Assembly (NCBI RefSeq): GCF_001548275.1
Contig: NZ_AP014945.1
Span: 1,290,001-1,322,000, forward strand
Length of the DNA: 32,000 bases
DNA from: Caldimicrobium thiodismutans
Lineage (GTDB): Bacteria > Desulfobacterota > Thermodesulfobacteria > Thermodesulfobacteriales > Thermodesulfobacteriaceae
Direction of reading: 5' to 3'
This document shows, one piece after another, positions 28,165 through 32,000 of this stretch. Position 1 is the stretch's first letter. Each line of letters starts with the position of its first letter. The position numbers and the translations under genes were made by a program. The notes beneath the pieces are model-generated. The model saw only the letters and a list, made by a program, of their open reading frames with translations, was not told where the DNA came from and searched no databases.

Positions 28165-28180
28165 TGGCATATTTTTTGAT
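28165..28180 (+). promoter_or_regulatory. candidate sigma-54 (-24/-12) promoter
   Basis: TGGCAT-ATTTT-TTGAT compared with the consensus TGGCAC-N5-TTGCW. The GG and the TTG are correctly spaced, but the -12 C is replaced by A. It is 38 nt upstream of the ATG at 28218 and directly downstream of a sigma-54 activator gene. Confidence 0.4.
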
Positions 28181-28217
28181 AATAAATTTATATAAGAAAA
28201 AATAAGAGGTGAGAAAA

Positions 28218-28448
28218 ATGAGAGGGATAACAGGAATAAAGACAGAACCGAAGGGAAAAGGCACAGAGGTAGCTTTTTTAGTAATAACACTTTTTCTTCT
28301 TCAAATGCTTTTATATCTTTTAGGAGGTTTCACTAAAAGTGAAGTTATAAAAAGGGTTTTATTAAGCATTTCGGCTGTTGGCTTAATGGTTAGTTTAATC
28401 TTTCCTCTTTCTTATGTGATTTTGAGAAATAAGAAAAATAAAAAATAA
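28218..28448 (+). CDS. small two-TM membrane protein (76 aa)
   Basis: ATG at 28218 is 8 nt after AAGAGGTGA; the track's GTG at 28209 overlaps the SD. TM1 VAFLVITLFLLQMLLYLLGGF. TM2 LLSISAVGLMVSLIFPLSYVIL. Basic tail NKKNKK. Confidence 0.55.
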   Translation: MRGITGIKTEPKGKGTEVAFLVITLFLLQMLLYLLGGFTKSEVIKRVLLSISAVGLMVSLIFPLSYVILRNKKNKK

Positions 28449-28462
28449 AAGGAGGTGGGATT

Positions 28463-28759
28463 ATGTTAGCAAAACTTGATTCCAGGAAAGGGATTTACAT
28501 CGGGACCGGTGCCGGGTTGATTCTCTTTGTGCTTCTTGGGTTCTTTCCCAGTGCTATGATGGGAGGATATGTTGGTTTGAAACTGGCTGAACTCATCATG
28601 GGTCCCGGGAGTATGGGAGTTGTGGCAAGGTTATTTACTGCTCTTAGCATGATAGGAGCTGTTCTTGTTACAGCAGTTGTCTTTGTGCTTGGAGGAGCTA
28701 TAGCTGGTTATATTTTATCTGGAAAATTGAGAGCTAAGGAGGCTGGAAGCAAAGCTTAG
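28463..28759 (+). CDS. small membrane protein, paralog 1 (98 aa)
   Basis: SD AAGGAGGTG. Shares the motif GLILFV..GF.PSA..GG..GLKL.EL..G ... FV.G.AI.G.IL with the 28854 gene. Confidence 0.72.
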   Translation: MLAKLDSRKGIYIGTGAGLILFVLLGFFPSAMMGGYVGLKLAELIMGPGSMGVVARLFTALSMIGAVLVTAVVFVLGGAIAGYILSGKLRAKEAGSKA

Positions 28760-28771
28760 GAAAGTTAAGCA

Positions 28772-28830
28772 GGGGTTAGCCTCCCTTCATCCATTCCCCA
28801 TAAGCCCCCAAAGGAAGGGAAGCTAACCCC
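28772..28830 (+). repeat. 17-bp inverted repeat (long stem-loop) between the two paralog genes
   Basis: GGGGTTAGCCTCCCTTC (28772-28788) against GAAGGGAAGCTAACCCC (28814-28830): 16/17 complementary, with one C/A mismatch. The loop is 25 nt and C-rich. Followed by CCCCCC-TTTAAAA-GGGGG (28827-28844). Confidence 0.7.
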
Positions 28831-28853
28831 CCTTTAAAAGGGGGTGATCAATT

Positions 28854-29156
28854 ATGAAGACAAGACTTAAAAAAAGTGTTTTAGCAGGGGCCTTTGTGGG
28901 GTTAATTTTATTTGTTATTGCTGGATTTTTACCCAGCGCCTATACAGGAGGGCTCTTCGGATTAAAGCTTTCTGAACTTCTTTTCGGTACTCCTATTGAA
29001 CCCTCCACAGGACCAAGGATTCTTGTTGCCTTTTGGATGGTGCTGAGTGTGATCATTTCTGGTGCCATTTTTGTGGTGGGATGTGCAATTATTGGTTGGA
29101 TTTTGGGTTTTCTTTTAGAAAAGAAAAAGATTAAAGAAAAAAATCTACTTAGCTAA
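28854..29156 (+). CDS. small membrane protein, paralog 2 (100 aa)
   Basis: SD AAGGGGGTGA 9 nt upstream. Aligns with the 28463 product (AGAFVGLILFVIAGFLPSAYTGGLFGLKLSELLFG against GTGAGLILFVLLGFFPSAMMGGYVGLKLAELIMG). Lys-rich tail. Confidence 0.72.
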   Translation: MKTRLKKSVLAGAFVGLILFVIAGFLPSAYTGGLFGLKLSELLFGTPIEPSTGPRILVAFWMVLSVIISGAIFVVGCAIIGWILGFLLEKKKIKEKNLLS

Positions 29157-29180
29157 AAAATTGTTGATAGGGAGGGGTAT

Positions 29181-29531
29181 ATGAAATTTATTGTTAGCAG
29201 AACAAGGGTGCCCTTGTGGAGTAAAGAAAAACCTTGTGATGAGGCTGTAGAGGAGGAACTCACTCCTCTTGATTACAGGATGGTTTCAAGCCTTGAGGAA
29301 GCCAAAAAAAAGATCTGGTTCAAGGACTGGTGGGAAGGGGGAGTAAATCACCGGGAGGAAAATGGAATGATAGTTTGTGAAAAAAAACAAAAGGAAAAAA
29401 ACTGGGTAATTGAAATTAAGAGTCTTGAGGATTTGCTTAAATTTCAAGAAAAATATGGTGAGATCATGCTTCTTGATTCTCCACCTTATAAGGAAGTCAA
29501 AAAGGAAATTCGTATTTTAAGAGCAAAGTAA
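29181..29531 (+). CDS. hypothetical soluble 116-aa protein (charged, Trp-rich)
   Basis: SD GGGAGGGG 5 nt upstream. No TM segment or signal peptide. Contains KKKIWFKDWWEGGVNHREENG. Two Cys, no cofactor motif. I recognise no family. Confidence 0.65.
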   Translation: MKFIVSRTRVPLWSKEKPCDEAVEEELTPLDYRMVSSLEEAKKKIWFKDWWEGGVNHREENGMIVCEKKQKEKNWVIEIKSLEDLLKFQEKYGEIMLLDSPPYKEVKKEIRILRAK

Positions 29532-29544
29532 AGGAGGGGGAAGG

Positions 29545-30768
29545 ATGAGTGCGAAAAAGAATCCTATGATTGTTGAAGGAGAAGTTGCCTTTTCACAAAC
29601 TTGGATGTCAAGTTTATTTGAGTTTTTGTCAGGAACTAAAGCTTTTTACTACATTGTGGGTTTAAGTGCTTTGATTTTGATGATTGCTGCAATGTTTGGC
29701 GTAAATGCTATGTATACAGGATATAGACATGTTTATGGAGTAACAAGAGAAATTCCTTGGGGCATACTGATCTCTGGGTATGTATTTTTCGTGGTTACCT
29801 CAACAGGTTTATGTATTGTCTCCTCAATCGGCCATGTCTTTGGGGTAAAATCTTTTATGCCTATCGCTAAACGGTCTGTATTTCTATCTGTAGTTACTAT
29901 TTTGGCTGGGTTTATGGTAATCTTTTTTGATGTTGAAAACCCCTTCAGAATGGCTATTTGGAATGTTTTTTCTCCTAATCCCACCTCAAATATATGGTGG
30001 ATGGGAACCTTGTATGGAGCTTATTTGGTTTTTATGACTATAGAATTTATATTGCTTCTTCTCGAGCAACATAGATATGCTATGTTAGCAGGACTCCTTG
30101 GATTGATCTCAGGAATAGCAGCTCATAGTAATCTTGGAGCAGTTTTTGGTATGCTCCATGGAAGAGAATTTTGGTATGGTCCTTATATGCCTATTTATTT
30201 TATCGCCTCTGCTGCAGCTTCTGGGTGCACAGCCATAATTTTCTTTACCTATCTTGGTTATAAAATTACCGCTGAAAGAATGGACAGAGCTATGGAACTT
30301 TCTTTACAGGCTGTAGGTAAGATTTGGGCCCTTTTTCTGGCAGTGCTGATGTTTTTTACAACCTGGAAGATTATAACTGGTCTTGCGGCAGGAGAGGGAA
30401 AGGTTTTAGCTATCAAGGAGCTTACTACCGGTAAATATGCTCTTAATTTTTGGTTCTTTGAGGTGCTTCTCGGAATGGTTGGCCCATTCTTGTTACTTCT
30501 GATTTCAGGTTTTAGAAATATCAATCAGATGTTTGTAGCCTCTGTGCTTGCTTTTATCGGGATCTTTTTCATGCGGGTGGATCTCGTTGTTATTGGCCAG
30601 ATTGTTTCACACTATTTTGAATTTAATATAACCGATTTTCCGGTAATTTTGTCTTATAAACCCAGTATATATGAGATTATGGTTATTGTTGGAGCTATTG
30701 CCTTTGCAATTATGGCCTTTCTGGTTGGGGAAAAGGTCTTTAAAGGGCATAAAACAGAAATTCATTAA
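29545..30768 (+). CDS. NrfD/PsrC/DsrP-family polytopic membrane (quinone-interacting) subunit
   Basis: 407 aa, about 10 TM. Contains EIPWGILISGYVFFVVTSTG (the NrfD-family W(G)..I..Y.F..G motif) and PNPTSNIWWMG. SD AAAGGAGGGGG. Confidence 0.88.
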   Translation: MSAKKNPMIVEGEVAFSQTWMSSLFEFLSGTKAFYYIVGLSALILMIAAMFGVNAMYTGYRHVYGVTREIPWGILISGYVFFVVTSTGLCIVSSIGHVFGVKSFMPIAKRSVFLSVVTILAGFMVIFFDVENPFRMAIWNVFSPNPTSNIWWMGTLYGAYLVFMTIEFILLLLEQHRYAMLAGLLGLISGIAAHSNLGAVFGMLHGREFWYGPYMPIYFIASAAASGCTAIIFFTYLGYKITAERMDRAMELSLQAVGKIWALFLAVLMFFTTWKIITGLAAGEGKVLAIKELTTGKYALNFWFFEVLLGMVGPFLLLLISGFRNINQMFVASVLAFIGIFFMRVDLVVIGQIVSHYFEFNITDFPVILSYKPSIYEIMVIVGAIAFAIMAFLVGEKVFKGHKTEIH

Positions 30769-30782
30769 AGGAGGGGGAAATT

Positions 30783-31541
30783 ATGTTCAAAAACTTTAAA
30801 GATTGGTTGCTGGGATTAAAGAATGAAGGAACAGAAAATATTCCTGATGAGACCAGAAGGGATTTTTTAAAGATAGGTTTAATTATAACCGGAGTTTTTG
30901 CAGGAGGGAGCCTTTTTTCTGTAGTTTCAAGAGTAGCAGAGGGATTGGCAAGTCCTGAAGAATTGCATAAGAAGTATCCTTATAAACCTCACTATACTAT
31001 GGTTTTCAAGATGGATAGATGTATTGACTGTGAGCTATGTATGGAGGCCTGTGTGAAAACCAATCATGTTCCTGATTATGGTTGGAGAACTATGATCTTA
31101 AGAAGACATGATGAAACTGCAGTGGATCAAAAAACACTTTTTATGCCCATTCTTTGCAATCATTGTAATAATCCGCCTTGTGTAAGGGCATGTCCAACCA
31201 AAGCAACCATTAAGGATAAACAGACGGGAATTGTTAAGATGATCTCCTATAAGTGTATTGGATGTAAAACCTGTATGGTGGCCTGTCCTTATAATGCAAG
31301 GTATTTTAATGAGGAAAAACATGCAGTGGATAAATGTGATTTTTGCTGGGAATCCAGGCTTTCTAAAGGCGAAAAATTAACCGCCTGTGCAGCTGCCTGT
31401 CCAGCCGGGGTTAGAAACTTTGGTGATCTATCCGATCCGGGAAGTGAGGTTTATCAACTTGTGCATCAGTTAGCCAAACCTGTTTGGGTTTTAAAGCCTG
31501 AGACAGGGGCTAAGCCTAATGTCTTTTATACCATTAGCTAA
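30783..31541 (+). CDS. Tat-exported 4x[4Fe-4S] protein (NrfC/PsrB/DsrO/HybA family)
   Basis: Twin-arginine motif TRRDFLKIG followed by a hydrophobic region. Cys groups CIDCELCMEAC, CNHCNNPPCVRACP, CIGCKTCMVACP and CDFCWESRLSKGEKLTACAAACP. SD AAAGGAGGGGG. Confidence 0.92.
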   Translation: MFKNFKDWLLGLKNEGTENIPDETRRDFLKIGLIITGVFAGGSLFSVVSRVAEGLASPEELHKKYPYKPHYTMVFKMDRCIDCELCMEACVKTNHVPDYGWRTMILRRHDETAVDQKTLFMPILCNHCNNPPCVRACPTKATIKDKQTGIVKMISYKCIGCKTCMVACPYNARYFNEEKHAVDKCDFCWESRLSKGEKLTACAAACPAGVRNFGDLSDPGSEVYQLVHQLAKPVWVLKPETGAKPNVFYTIS

Positions 31542-31553
31542 GGGAGGGAGAAA

Positions 31554-32000
31554 ATGCGCAAAGTGAAAATATTCGTAGGAACACTCACACTTCTTTTAGG
31601 TGTGGTTAGTCTTGCCTATGTTTCGGAAAAAAAGGAAAATCCTTCAAAGGAGGCAGAACTCCTTAATCAGGGTGTAGTTTATATGGAAAGTGAAGAGGCA
31701 GGGGGTCCTGAAATAGTTTATGCCAAGCCTGTAAGGGGAGTCCTTTTCAGCCATAAATACCATGCAAAGGAACTGGGACTTTCCTGTGAGTCTTGCCATT
31801 CCGGTATCTTTGAAATGCAGGCCTTAAAATCTCAAGAAAATCCTGACTTTAATATGGAGGCTCTTTATAAAGGAAAATATTGTGGAGCCTGCCATAATGG
31901 TCAGTCTGCTTTTGCTTCAAATACCAAGTGTGCAAACTGTCATATCGGGGTAAAGGGAATGAAAGAATATATCAAAAAGCTTGCGGTGAGTGAAAAGAAA
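31554..32000 (+). CDS. periplasmic triheme c-type cytochrome (c7/c3-like), 3' end outside window
   Basis: My own translation (not in the ORF track because no stop is reached): MRKVKIFVGTLTLLLGVVSLAYV signal, then CESCH (31785-31799), CGACH (31881-31895) and CANCH (31929-31943). FSHK.H...C..CH...GK.CG.CHNG..AF is the pattern of triheme c7-type domains. SD GGGAGGGAG. Confidence 0.85.
   Translation, partial: MRKVKIFVGTLTLLLGVVSLAYVSEKKENPSKEAELLNQGVVYMESEEAGGPEIVYAKPVRGVLFSHKYHAKELGLSCESCHSGIFEMQALKSQENPDFNMEALYKGKYCGACHNGQSAFASNTKCANCHIGVKGMKEYIKKLAVSEKK

Noticed and set aside
30783-30860. Unusually long (24-aa) n-region before the twin-arginine motif of the FeS subunit as evidence of a mis-called start
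   Set aside because: There is no in-frame ATG between 30783 and the RR motif, and a very strong SD (AAAGGAGGGGG) is placed for 30783. The long n-region is accepted as real and not otherwise remarkable.
29545-32000. Calling the three genes dsrP, dsrO and dsrJ outright
   Set aside because: Family membership (NrfD-like, polyferredoxin, triheme cytochrome) is clear. Orthology to Dsr subunits cannot be established by eye. The gene order is reversed, no dsrM or dsrK is visible, and the cytochrome resembles a c7-type domain. No gene symbols are assigned.

Overview
AT-rich bacterial chromosome segment. The gene content fits a thermophilic sulfate reducer of Thermodesulfobacteria type; that attribution is inferred from content, not from a search. 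Every supportable gene (about 38) lies on the + strand. Order: 3' end of a Pro/Gln-rich protein, an FtsB-like protein, ribH, pgk, tpiA, a CoA-binding protein and a ScpA-like protein. Next is an 11-gene complex I operon (nuoA-B-C-D-H-I-J-K-L-M-N) with no nuoEFG, headed by a translationally coupled four-cluster ferredoxin. Then the dissimilatory sulfate-activation unit sat-orf119-aprB-aprA, a terminator, and qmoABC with its own terminator. The least explained part is 24.0-32.0 kb. It holds a membrane histidine kinase with a CXXCH heme-c motif in its periplasmic Cache-like domain, and a sigma-54 (GAFTGA) response regulator. A coupled 93-aa two-TM protein follows, then a candidate -24/-12 promoter with TTTGCA upstream repeats. 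The downstream operon encodes three more small TM proteins (two are tandem paralogs split by a long hairpin), a soluble Trp-rich 116-aa unknown, and an NrfD-like / Tat 4x[4Fe-4S] / triheme cytochrome c module with no catalytic subunit in view. The cytochrome gene runs off the window end. No tRNA, rRNA, CRISPR array, transposase or integrase was seen. Product calls rest on motifs recognised by eye in the supplied translations. No database search was possible.
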